The translations under genes and the position numbers were made by a program. This document shows, piece after piece, positions 1-7,428 of a stretch of 14,096 nucleotides of DNA. The first letter of the stretch is position 1. Each line of letters opens with the position of its first letter. The notes under the pieces were generated by a model, which saw only the letters and a program-made list of their open reading frames with translations, was not told the origin of the DNA and made no database searches. This stretch comes from an uncultured Lachnospiraceae bacterium (GTDB lineage: Bacteria; Bacillota; Clostridia; Lachnospirales; Lachnospiraceae), in NCBI GenBank assembly GCA_964643295.1, contig CAZXSN010000073.1, forward strand, positions 1-14,096, read 5' to 3'.

Positions 1-1454
1 TCATAGTTTTCCACGAAGGAGACATACTCGCCCATGAATTTTTCGTAGCTGTCCATCGCCGCTTTGAAATCCGGACGTAATCCGTTCTCGTCCAGAACTT
101 CCTCTTTCGCATCCTCCGTAGAAGGTTTCACCTGAATGGGCACTCCGCCCGCTTCCTTATTTCCTTCTGAAACAGGCTGAGCCTCGGTTTCTGCTTCTGT
201 ATCGGTTTCTGTTTCAGTTTCGGTTTCTGCTTCGGTTTCCCTTTCTTCCTTAAGCGTTTCAGGAACAGCCGCTTTGGTGTCCTCTTCCAGGTCGGCCTCC
301 GCAGTCGATTCAACGTAATCCTTCGGAGCTTTGATCTCGATGCTCATTATGGAGTTGCCTTCAAATCTTATAGACACGTGCCAGCCCGCAGCGTTATCCG
401 CATCATATGCGTTTTCTTCTCTGCTGTAATCCACGTTGAAGCCTCTTTCCGAGCAGGCCGAAACATACTTCTCGTATGCTTCCTTATCGGTATCGCCAAC
501 GTAAACAAAGAAACTGGTATCGCGCTCATAAGAAAACTTACCGGTTGTGGACTCCGGAACCGGAAGCTGACTGCCTGCCGCGCCTGCAGGCCAGGTGATT
601 GTCTGCATTTCCATAGGCGCAAATACGGCTATGGTCAGGGTATTTCCGGTATGGCTCATATCCAGACAGTAGCCGTCTGCGTCATAAGCCTTATAAGTCA
701 CAGAACTCTTCTGCGGATCTCCGGTAAACCCTTTTTCCATGCAGGCATCCAGATAGTCGTTGTATTCCTTATCTTCCATCCCGGAATTATAAAAAATCCG
801 CAGCGCCTCATCGGAGTTTTCTATCACCTCTGCATCATCGGCTGGCGGTTCCGGAATCCGGTTTCCCAGTTCCATCGCTGACCAGTCAAGTACTGCCGTT
901 TTCTTTCCTGCCTGATTCTCCCCCTCAGACTGCTGATAGACATAGACGAAAAAAACAGCCAGAATCACCAGCAGAATAAACCACCAGCGTAGAAAAATGG
1001 GTTTCTTCTTTGGTGTTTTGTTCCCTGCCTTTTTGCCCTTCTTCTTTCCTCCCTGACTGTACTGCGGCGGAACGGATGCCGTCTGCTGATACGCGTATGA
1101 TTGCTGACTGTCCGCGCTTTCGAACCGCTGCCCAGCGGCTGAAGGATCCGTGTAATTCCAGGCTTCTTCTCTTCTTCTGACAGGTGTATCGGAGTAACTA
1201 TCTTCTGCGGCTCTCGTCCCGCACTCCGGGCAAAAAATTCCTTCAAATCTGGTACCGCACACCCGGCATCTTACTGTCCGCGGTCTGTTGGCTTCCGCAC
1301 CTGTCTGAGAATCTCCTCCTGTGCCCTGCGGGTGGGATTCCAATCCCTGCCGGTTTCCAACAGGCGGAGGGGAGGGGATATCCCGCGAAGCCCTTGTTCC
1401 GCATTCCGGGCAGAAGTTGCCTTCAAACTCTGTCCCGCAGTTTCTGCACCTCAT
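1..1454 (-). CDS. Tandem zinc-ribbon transmembrane protein with a duplicated extracytoplasmic domain. Its 3' end is truncated by the window edge.
   Basis: I translated the minus strand codon by codon from the ATG at 1454 to position 3 and found no stop; the supplied track omits this ORF because it runs off the edge. The start is preceded by GGGGGA about 7 nt upstream. The N-terminus has two CxxC-N9-CPECG zinc-ribbon units (MRCRNCGTEFEGNFCPECGTRA and RCRVCGTRFEGIFCPECGTRA). A K-rich stretch is followed by one TM helix (IFLRWWFILLVILAVFFVYVY). After it come two copies of a domain of about 60 aa (DYLDACMEKGFTG...YKAYDADGYCLDM and EKYVSACSERGFNVDY...YDADNAAGWHV) and an acidic TE-rich linker. The track ORFs at 128..313, 368..622 and 965..1246 are the wrong frame of this gene. 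Confidence 0.8.
   Translation of the reverse strand, partial: MRCRNCGTEFEGNFCPECGTRASRDIPSPPPVGNRQGLESHPQGTGGDSQTGAEANRPRTVRCRVCGTRFEGIFCPECGTRAAEDSYSDTPVRRREEAWNYTDPSAAGQRFESADSQQSYAYQQTASVPPQYSQGGKKKGKKAGNKTPKKKPIFLRWWFILLVILAVFFVYVYQQSEGENQAGKKTAVLDWSAMELGNRIPEPPADDAEVIENSDEALRIFYNSGMEDKEYNDYLDACMEKGFTGDPQKSSVTYKAYDADGYCLDMSHTGNTLTIAVFAPMEMQTITWPAGAAGSQLPVPESTTGKFSYERDTSFFVYVGDTDKEAYEKYVSACSERGFNVDYSREENAYDADNAAGWHVSIRFEGNSIMSIEIKAPKDYVESTAEADLEEDTKAAVPETLKEERETEAETETETETDTEAETEAQPVSEGNKEAGGVPIQVKPSTEDAKEEVLDENGLRPDFKAAMDSYEKFMGEYVSFVENY
185..238. repeat. Three tandem 18-bp repeats (cggtttctgYttcNGttt) that encode the TE-rich acidic linker of CDS 1..1454
   Basis: Read directly: 185-202 cggtttctgcttctgtat, 203-220 cggtttctgtttcagttt, 221-238 cggtttctgcttcggttt. 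On the minus strand these translate to ETEAETETETETDTEAETEA. Confidence 0.6.
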
Positions 1455-1499
1455 GCCAACATCCCCCTTCTCATACAGAAAGCACCCGTAACCAGAAAC

Positions 1500-2822
1500 T
1501 TATTTCTCCCTGGGAGGAATCGGCGGAATCTCCGGGAAGAGACTTTTTAGCGTCTGCACACTGCCCGCTTTCTCCCACTGACTCATCCCTTCCGTCCACA
1601 CCAGGGAATCTTTTTGAAGCTGTCCGGATGATACCATACTTTTCAAAGTTTCCAAGTCAAAAGGACCTGTCGGCTGTTCACCCGCAGCCACGTAAAAGGT
1701 CACCCTGGGAATTGGCGGCGGAACACTTCCCGTCTGCCCAGGAACAGGACCTCCCCGCATCACAGAATTCATGGAACCGGCGATGTTCTGACCGATGGCC
1801 CCGCCAACCGCCATGCTGGCCATCCAGGCCGCCATGTTGAACCCGTGCTGATCTCCAAGGTTAACGTTCCCGGAACCGTTCTCCCCCATTTTGCCAAGGG
1901 CCTGTGCACCCGCGATCCCTACTTCCGTCTGCTTTTCCACCTGATAGGCACCGAGATTGGACGACTGTGTCTGCTTGTGCAGGGAGTACTGTCCCTCTTC
2001 CCGCTGAATGCGCAGCCGCTCCACGTAATCCTGCGTCTCCGCCTGTATCTTCGCCCCGGTGACATCTCTGCTGACGCTCATGAGGTTCCGGTAGCCTTCA
2101 CTGGTTTTATCCAGTTCGATCGCCCCGATGTCCACACCGGATACTTCCACGCCGAAGTCCTCCCGCAGCCGGTCTTTTAGGTACAGTTCCGAGGCATCGT
2201 TGATCATCGCCGTCTTGGTCTCGATCTGAACAAGGGGAATATCATACTCTGCCGGGGCGTTCGCCACCGTATCCTTGACATATCTGGTCACCACGTCTCT
2301 GATCTGCCGCTGAAAATCCGCTGGCTGAAAAGTCGTAAGCCTGTGCAGCTTTACGAACTGCCTGTAATCGGCGATCCGAAAAGTCACGGTTCCCCTTACT
2401 GCTGTCGGCACCCCGAAATCCGCGAACCTGGGATCATAGATATCAAAAAAGGGAACTGCAAACTTCACCTGGATAACCTGGGCGAGATTGATAAAGTAAA
2501 CTTCCGCCTGAAAAGGAGTCCCTCCCTCATAGGCAAGTCCCACAAGACTGGCCAAAACCGGCAGGTTCCCGGTTTTGAGGATCTCATCAAACGGTCCGAC
2601 AATAAAATCCTCTGAAGTTTGGCTGCCGCGCCCATATACGAATACTGCCACTTCCCCATCCTTCACGCGCAGGGAAGATCCCCACCTGATCGCGTTCTCC
2701 CGCTCTTCACTGCCCTCTGCAACCCCCGGCGGATGCCACTTCCAGATCAGATACGAAGGCTCATCACAGCGGATCACGTCCATAAATCCGCCGTCTTTTT
2801 GTTTCCTGTCAAAAAGCCCCAT
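1500..2822 (-). CDS. SPFH/band-7 family protein (Band_7_1 / YdjI-like) with a C-terminal DUF4339 (GYF-like) domain
   Basis: This is a 440-aa ORF in the supplied track. Its ATG at 2822 follows GGAGGTG at a 7-nt spacing. The N-terminus (MGLFDRKQKDGGFMDVIRCDEPSYLIWKWHP...) and the following roughly 250 aa fit the stomatin/flotillin-like SPFH 'virion core protein' family. A G/M/A-rich low-complexity linker follows. The C-terminal segment GPFDLETLKSMVSSGQLQKDSLVWTEGMSQWEKAGSVQTLKSLF matches the DUF4339 pattern. The gap to the downstream gene is 45 bp, so the two are probably co-transcribed. Confidence 0.85.
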   Translation of the reverse strand: MGLFDRKQKDGGFMDVIRCDEPSYLIWKWHPPGVAEGSEERENAIRWGSSLRVKDGEVAVFVYGRGSQTSEDFIVGPFDEILKTGNLPVLASLVGLAYEGGTPFQAEVYFINLAQVIQVKFAVPFFDIYDPRFADFGVPTAVRGTVTFRIADYRQFVKLHRLTTFQPADFQRQIRDVVTRYVKDTVANAPAEYDIPLVQIETKTAMINDASELYLKDRLREDFGVEVSGVDIGAIELDKTSEGYRNLMSVSRDVTGAKIQAETQDYVERLRIQREEGQYSLHKQTQSSNLGAYQVEKQTEVGIAGAQALGKMGENGSGNVNLGDQHGFNMAAWMASMAVGGAIGQNIAGSMNSVMRGGPVPGQTGSVPPPIPRVTFYVAAGEQPTGPFDLETLKSMVSSGQLQKDSLVWTEGMSQWEKAGSVQTLKSLFPEIPPIPPREK

Positions 2823-2977
2823 AAAGGCACCTCCATTCCCTGTCCGCGCTCTTTTAGCGGCCTGGTGTGTTTCCTCTCCCGCTCATGGCCCACAGCCCCT
2901 GAGAATAAAGCTTCCCGGTCTGTTTCTGTCCTCTCTTTGATCACTTTTTGCTTCCCTGCTGCCGAAATGCGATGCCG

Positions 2978-3838
2978 TTACCTGTTCGAATGATGCGAAT
3001 TCTTCACTCCTTTGTAGGAATTGACCGCTCCGACGATCAGAACGATCACTCCGCACAGCTGAACGACGGAGCCATTCTCAAACGCGAACGACAGCAGGAC
3101 TGTGAATAATCCGCTCCCGATACACACAGCATAATCGATGAGGGACGCTCCTCTCCTGCCAAGAGAGGCAGCGGAAGCGATCAGAACAATACAGGCCGCC
3201 GGTTCCATCAAAGAGGAATTGCCGCCCGACCGGTCCACAAACGCCGCTGAGACGAGAAGCAGGATACCCGCACAGAAGACAATGTTTCGCAGCACGGTTT
3301 CCAGCGTAAACTTGTGTCTTTGCCGCTGTTTTTCTGAGGCGATATTGTTCTGGCAGTTTTCATAAATGCTCTGAATTTTGACAAAATCCTCATCCGACTG
3401 AAAAAGCAGTCTGGCCTTCTGGTAGGCCTGCTCAAATTTTGCCAGCCACGCCTCGTAGATATCCCGCTCATCTTCACCCAGAATGTTTGAGGATGCCAGG
3501 ATCATGAACTCCAGGATATCCTCCTTCGCATTGGGAATGGGGAAGCTGCGGATCATCTCATCTTTTTCCTCCACCGTTGTCCGCCGGTTTAACTCGCGGT
3601 AAAATTCCTGAGCGGAGAATGTGGCCTCCGCTCCCCTCAACTCATAGCCGCAGGCAGGGCAGCTGCCGACAAAAGAAGAAATCAGCTCCCCGCAGTTCGG
3701 ACATTTATAGAGCTTCCCTTCATAGACGGTCTCCCGCTGGGAGGTCGGTTTTTTATGCGGAAGGACACGCTGTCCGCAGTTTGTACAGAATTTCGCCCCT
3801 TCCGGGAGTTTCTGTCCGCAGTTCGTGCAATATGCCAT
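2978..3838 (-). CDS. Double zinc-ribbon membrane protein (YdjG-like N-terminus with C-terminal TM helices)
   Basis: The track ORF 2978..3856 starts at a GTG. I prefer the ATG at 3838 (MAYCTNCGQ...), which has GGAGGAGG 9 nt upstream. The protein has two zinc-ribbon pairs (CTNCG...CTNCG, then CPNCG...CPACG). A cytoplasmic helical region follows. Two to three hydrophobic helices sit at the C-terminus (IVFCAGILLLVSAAF, ACIVLIASAASL, LCGVIVLIVGAV). Confidence 0.8.
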   Translation of the reverse strand: MAYCTNCGQKLPEGAKFCTNCGQRVLPHKKPTSQRETVYEGKLYKCPNCGELISSFVGSCPACGYELRGAEATFSAQEFYRELNRRTTVEEKDEMIRSFPIPNAKEDILEFMILASSNILGEDERDIYEAWLAKFEQAYQKARLLFQSDEDFVKIQSIYENCQNNIASEKQRQRHKFTLETVLRNIVFCAGILLLVSAAFVDRSGGNSSLMEPAACIVLIASAASLGRRGASLIDYAVCIGSGLFTVLLSFAFENGSVVQLCGVIVLIVGAVNSYKGVKNSHHSNR

Positions 3839-3862
3839 GATGAATACCTCCTCCACACAAAG

Positions 3863-4081
3863 TCAGTCTTCTTCCCGCCGATAAGCATCGCAGATATCCC
3901 CAATGTTACAGTCCAGGTAATCGCATATTCTTAACAGCACGGAAAGAGCGACCTCCTCATTATGACGCAGTTTGGTCATCGTACCGGTGGCTATGTTGAG
4001 ATCCTTTCTCAGTGTCGCAGGAGATATTTCTTTTTCGATGAGCAGTATCCAAAGCTTTTTGTAGCTTATCCGCATACTCAT
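3863..4081 (-). CDS. Small XRE/Cro-C1-type helix-turn-helix transcriptional regulator (72 aa)
   Basis: The ATG at 4081 has AAGGAGG 8 nt upstream. The sequence SYKKLWILLIEKEISPATLRKDLNIATGTMTKLRHNEEVALSVLLRICDYLDCNIGDICDAY is typical of short HTH_26/XRE regulators of about 70 aa. Its stop lies 6 nt before the next gene's GTG codon (24 nt before my preferred ATG). Confidence 0.8.
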   Translation of the reverse strand: MSMRISYKKLWILLIEKEISPATLRKDLNIATGTMTKLRHNEEVALSVLLRICDYLDCNIGDICDAYRREED

Positions 4082-4092
4082 ATCTGCAGCCT

Positions 4093-4137
4093 CCTTAAGA
4101 TAAGCTGCAAATCGATCACATACCGCTTACCCTTAAG
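4093..4137. promoter_or_regulatory. Imperfect inverted repeat (CCTTAAGATAAGC ... GCTTACCCTTAAG) between the -10 element and the RBS of the XRE gene; candidate autoregulatory operator
   Basis: Half-sites lie at 4093-4105 and 4125-4137, with an ATCGAT palindrome at the centre. The right half overlaps the proposed -10 element. Confidence 0.3.
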
Positions 4138-4165
4138 CATAACACAGGATATAGCAATTTGTCAA
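4136..4165 (-). promoter_or_regulatory. Putative sigma-A promoter for the XRE regulator operon (TTGACA, 18-nt spacer, TATGCT)
   Basis: On the minus strand, TTGACA is the reverse complement of 4160-4165 and TATGCT the reverse complement of 4136-4141. The -35 element is perfect. The -10 element keeps T1, A2 and T6. It sits about 55 nt upstream of the ATG. Confidence 0.35.
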
Positions 4166-4832
4166 TGCGATTTGCTGTCATTTTGAGTAAATTTCGCAAC
4201 TTCTTGCGGTATCTGTTATAGTCTTAATCTCTAACTATCTATTTTGAAGCCCAGCCTGGCCATCCGATTGCTGCAGACTCATTGTCTGTTTCATGAATCT
4301 GCTTCCCTGCAAAGCAGGTCTGCTCTGCTCTAAGCCACGCTAAAGAGCCAGGAAGCCAGGCGGTTTACAAGTCTTTTCTTCCCTTAACTATAGCAGGATC
4401 AGAAGAATTTTGCATTAAAAATCATGGGAAATTTGCAAATTTGCGATGAATTGATTCAAGAACTTACGATCTTTTCGCATCCGGTAAACGTTTCCGTCCG
4501 GACTGTCTGCGGTGCCTGCCCCTTACGGCAAAGACCTCTGCCCTTTCGATTTAAGATCACCTGGTTTCCTGATCCGGGTTTTGCTCTTCAGCAGCGGTCT
4601 GAGAACCGGTCTTTTCTTTTCATCCGGTCAGAAGCATTCGATTCTCAGGCCTTCCAATTGGGGAAGGGGAGATCTTTCTGTCATGCCGATAAATCTACAT
4701 ATCAGCATATATCGATGTGAGCGCAGATTCCTCCCTGTTCTGCGGACTGTCTGGCCTTCAAACCCTCCGGAGAAGGGTTTCCCATGGAGAAACCAGATAC
4801 TGCAAAGGCACAGGGACAAAGGCACAGGGACG

Positions 4833-4871
4833 AAAAAATGGTGCCGCTCTTACGGCACCATCTGAGTTTTT
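4833..4871 (-). terminator. Rho-independent terminator downstream of the SH3b-repeat gene; possibly bidirectional
   Basis: The stem is GGTGCCG (4840-4846) paired with CGGCACC (4853-4859), with loop CTCTTA. On the minus strand the stem is followed directly by ATTTTTT. On the plus strand a T5 run follows 7 nt after the stem. It lies about 110 bp past the stop at 4971. Confidence 0.7.
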
Positions 4872-4970
4872 GTGTCTGCGTTTTCTGTCTGTATTTTCTT
4901 TCTTTGTTGTTTTGCGGCTCTTTGGTAAGGCTTGTAAGGCACACGGCCTTCCATTTCGGGAGACACGAGG

Positions 4971-6401
4971 TTAATACAGATAGTTGCTGTTTACGTATCC
5001 GTATTTCTGAAGCGTGGGCGCATAGACATACCAGTACGTGGAATCGGAAGTATCCTGTACCTGCACCGTCTCTCCGGTATAGAGCTTGCCGATCTCATTC
5101 GAATAGTCGTAGGCTTTCGCGTTGCGAAGCGCCAGATAGCCGCTCTCCACGCGGACCGTCTTTGTCACACCCGAAACGGAAGAGGAGGATGTTGAAACCA
5201 GATAGTTTCTGTTCACATAGCCGGACTTCCCGAGCTTGGAGGAATACACATACCAGTAGTCAGAATCCGACTTATCCTGGACCTGTACCGTATCTCCGGT
5301 GTAGAGCTTGCCAATCTCATTCTCGTATTCGAATGCCTTTGCCGTCCGCAGCGCCAGATAGCCGCTCTCCACTCTCACGGTCCAGGTTTCTCCTGAAACC
5401 GGGGCACTGGCTAAAGCGACCAGATAATTCTTATTCACGTAACCGGACTTATTCAGCGACGGCGCGTAGACATACCAGTAGGTATCATCCGACTTATCCT
5501 GGACCTGCACCGTATCGCCGGTGTAGAGTTCCCCGATTTCATTCTTATATTCGAAGGCCTTGGCCGTTCGAAGCGCCAGATAACCGCTGTCCACTTTCAC
5601 AGACCAGGTCTCCCCGGATGCTGACACACCAGTCGGGGCGATCAGATAATTCCGGTTTACATAGCCGGATTTGTTCAGCGATGGCGCATAGACATACCAG
5701 TAAGTATCATCTGACGTATCCTGAACCTGCACCGTATCCCCGGTGTAGAGCTTGCCGATCTCATTTTCATATTCGAAAGCCTTGGCCGTTCGAAGTGCCA
5801 GATAGCCGCTGTCCACTTTCACGGTCCAGCCATAGGACGACGGCGCAATCAGATAATTCCGGTTTACATACCCGGATTTCCCAAGCGACGGGGCGTAGAC
5901 ATACCAGTAGGTGGAATCGGAAGTATCCTGTACCTGCACCGTATCGCCCGTATAGAGTTCTCCGATCTCATTCTCATATTCGAAGGCTTTGGCCGTTCGA
6001 AGCGCCAGATAACCGCTGTCCACCTTCACGGTCCAGTACCCGGAAGTGTTCGTCGTCACAGGCTTCGAGGAAGAGGAGGAGGATACCGCCTTTAAATAGT
6101 CTTTGTTGACATAGCCGTATTTATCCAGCTTGGAAGAATAGACATACCAGTAGTCGGAATCCGTAGAATCCAGCACTTCCACCGTATCGCCCGTATAGAG
6201 CTTCCCGATCTCATTATAATAATCGAAGGCTTTCGCTGTCCGAAGCGCCAGATAGCCTTCCGTGACCTGCACCCGGTAGGTGGAACCGGCAGCCAGACAG
6301 GTTTTGCCAGCAGGCAGCAGAGTAACCGCCAGGGTAATCATAAACAGCAGCAGCCACCGGGATAAAGTCTTTTTCCCGGAACCAGTTTCATATCTTTCCA
6401 T
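4971..6401 (-). CDS. Secreted protein made of six tandem bacterial SH3 (SH3b/SH3_3) domains
   Basis: The track ORF 4971..6566 overlaps the upstream gene. I prefer the ATG at 6401 (MERYETGSGKK...), which has AGGGAGGA 6-7 nt upstream and sits 13 nt after the upstream stop. The N-terminus is a signal peptide (WLLLFMITLAVTLLPAGKTCLAAG). Six repeats of about 68 aa follow, each with GYLALRTAKAF-Y-NEIG-LYTGDTV-VQD-SD--YWYVY----K-GYVN-NYL. This is the SH3b pattern. Confidence 0.85.
   Translation of the reverse strand: MERYETGSGKKTLSRWLLLFMITLAVTLLPAGKTCLAAGSTYRVQVTEGYLALRTAKAFDYYNEIGKLYTGDTVEVLDSTDSDYWYVYSSKLDKYGYVNKDYLKAVSSSSSSKPVTTNTSGYWTVKVDSGYLALRTAKAFEYENEIGELYTGDTVQVQDTSDSTYWYVYAPSLGKSGYVNRNYLIAPSSYGWTVKVDSGYLALRTAKAFEYENEIGKLYTGDTVQVQDTSDDTYWYVYAPSLNKSGYVNRNYLIAPTGVSASGETWSVKVDSGYLALRTAKAFEYKNEIGELYTGDTVQVQDKSDDTYWYVYAPSLNKSGYVNKNYLVALASAPVSGETWTVRVESGYLALRTAKAFEYENEIGKLYTGDTVQVQDKSDSDYWYVYSSKLGKSGYVNRNYLVSTSSSSVSGVTKTVRVESGYLALRNAKAYDYSNEIGKLYTGETVQVQDTSDSTYWYVYAPTLQKYGYVNSNYLY
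4974..6281. repeat. Six tandem, highly similar coding repeats of about 204-210 bp (the SH3b units)
   Basis: Long near-identical nucleotide blocks recur with this period. One example is ccgatctcattctcatattcgaaggcYttggccgttcgaagYgccagataRccgctgtccac. Protein-level identity between units is above 80%. Confidence 0.85.
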
Positions 6402-6414
6402 CACAATTCCTCCC

Positions 6415-7428
6415 TTATCCGCAGTAGTAATCGTAAATCTGTCTGCTGAGTGACGCAATCGTCGACTGAGCACTTCCCACATCGGAGAGATTTTCCGACA
6501 TGAAGACAATGACCAGATCGTTGGCTGAATCATAGAGAATCCCCGCATCGTTTTCCACGTCGTCAAGTTCCCCGGTCTTGTTGGCGACGGACACGCCCTC
6601 CGGCATCTGCGCCGGGATCTTGTTTCGCCGCTGCTGCGCCTTTAACAGGGAATACATGGCATCCGCATAAGGATATTCTTCCACATTTTCGTAGTAGATC
6701 TCCTGCAGAAAATGCCCGCAGTCATTCACCGAAGTATAGTTGTCATCATACTCATTGCTGTGCAGAAGCAGCCGTCCCATATGCGACTGGAAATATCCGT
6801 GGTTCATGCAGAACTCATTCACCGCCGCCATCCCGGCATCCGTATCTCCGCCTCCCAGACAGCTCACCAGCTGATTCGCGGCTTCGTTGTCGCTGACCGT
6901 GATCATGGAATAGAGCCAGGAATCCAAAGATGCCGGATCATACTGAGCAGCCAGATCCTCATAAGATACATAGACCGCCCCCATGATGTAAAGCTTGATC
7001 AGGCTGGCGGCCTGCATACGCCGATCGTCGATGGCGGATTCGGTCCCCTTCACGAGGTCGCTTACATAGACAGCCCACTCTCCGTTTGAGCCGGGCAAGA
7101 GTCCCCTGATCTGAGACAGAAGGCTTTCCAGTTCCTCATCCACCGGCAGTTCCTGGCCTTCCGTCTGGCCTTCTGTCATTTCTTCCCCGCTTTCTGCCTC
7201 ACTTACTTCCTCAGTCGAGGCAGCCTCACTTTCCTCCCCGACCGTTTCCGGAGGAGCCTCAGGATGGTCTAAAGCCGCATCCGTCTCCTCCTCCCCGGCA
7301 TTCGTTTCGGTCACCGGATCCGCCTCTGGCTTCCGCTCCTCCGCGAAACTTACGCTGCAGCTCCCCAAGGTAAAGAGCAAAGTAAGCGTCAGGATCAGCA
7401 GATGCCTCCTCCGCAGCCGATCTTTCAT
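6415..7428 (-). CDS. Class-A beta-lactamase-fold serine hydrolase lipoprotein with an acidic E/T-rich linker
   Basis: This is a 337-aa ORF. Its ATG at 7428 follows AGGGGGAAGG. The signal sequence has a lipobox (LLFTLGSC). The three class-A beta-lactamase motifs are present: SxxK (ASLIK), SDN (VSDNEAAN) and KTG (ANKTG). Its stop lies 13 nt before the SH3b gene start, so the two genes likely form an operon. Confidence 0.8.
   Translation of the reverse strand: MKDRLRRRHLLILTLTLLFTLGSCSVSFAEERKPEADPVTETNAGEEETDAALDHPEAPPETVGEESEAASTEEVSEAESGEEMTEGQTEGQELPVDEELESLLSQIRGLLPGSNGEWAVYVSDLVKGTESAIDDRRMQAASLIKLYIMGAVYVSYEDLAAQYDPASLDSWLYSMITVSDNEAANQLVSCLGGGDTDAGMAAVNEFCMNHGYFQSHMGRLLLHSNEYDDNYTSVNDCGHFLQEIYYENVEEYPYADAMYSLLKAQQRRNKIPAQMPEGVSVANKTGELDDVENDAGILYDSANDLVIVFMSENLSDVGSAQSTIASLSRQIYDYYCG

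Noticed and set aside
378-1840. Plus-strand ORFs 378..881 and 1184..1840, and the minus-strand ORFs 128..313, 368..622 and 965..1246
   Set aside because: The plus-strand ORFs are antisense to a clearly protein-like minus-strand gene that I translated by hand. The minus-strand ORFs are the wrong reading frame of that same gene and are composed of low-complexity R/K/P-rich sequence.
4784-6109. A 441-aa plus-strand ORF with a striking periodic HTS-YHPTYPGPAPY pattern
   Set aside because: It is the antisense shadow of the six SH3b coding repeats. The periodicity comes from the repeats on the opposite strand, and the composition is R/S/P-rich nonsense.
4974-6281. Possible CRISPR array, because of the regular repeats
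   Set aside because: The period is about 204 bp with no short unique spacers. The repeats are in-frame coding units of a signal-peptide protein.
6402-6566. N-terminal extension of the SH3b gene that overlaps the beta-lactamase-like gene
   Set aside because: It overlaps the upstream CDS out of frame. The ATG at 6401 has an RBS and begins a canonical signal peptide.
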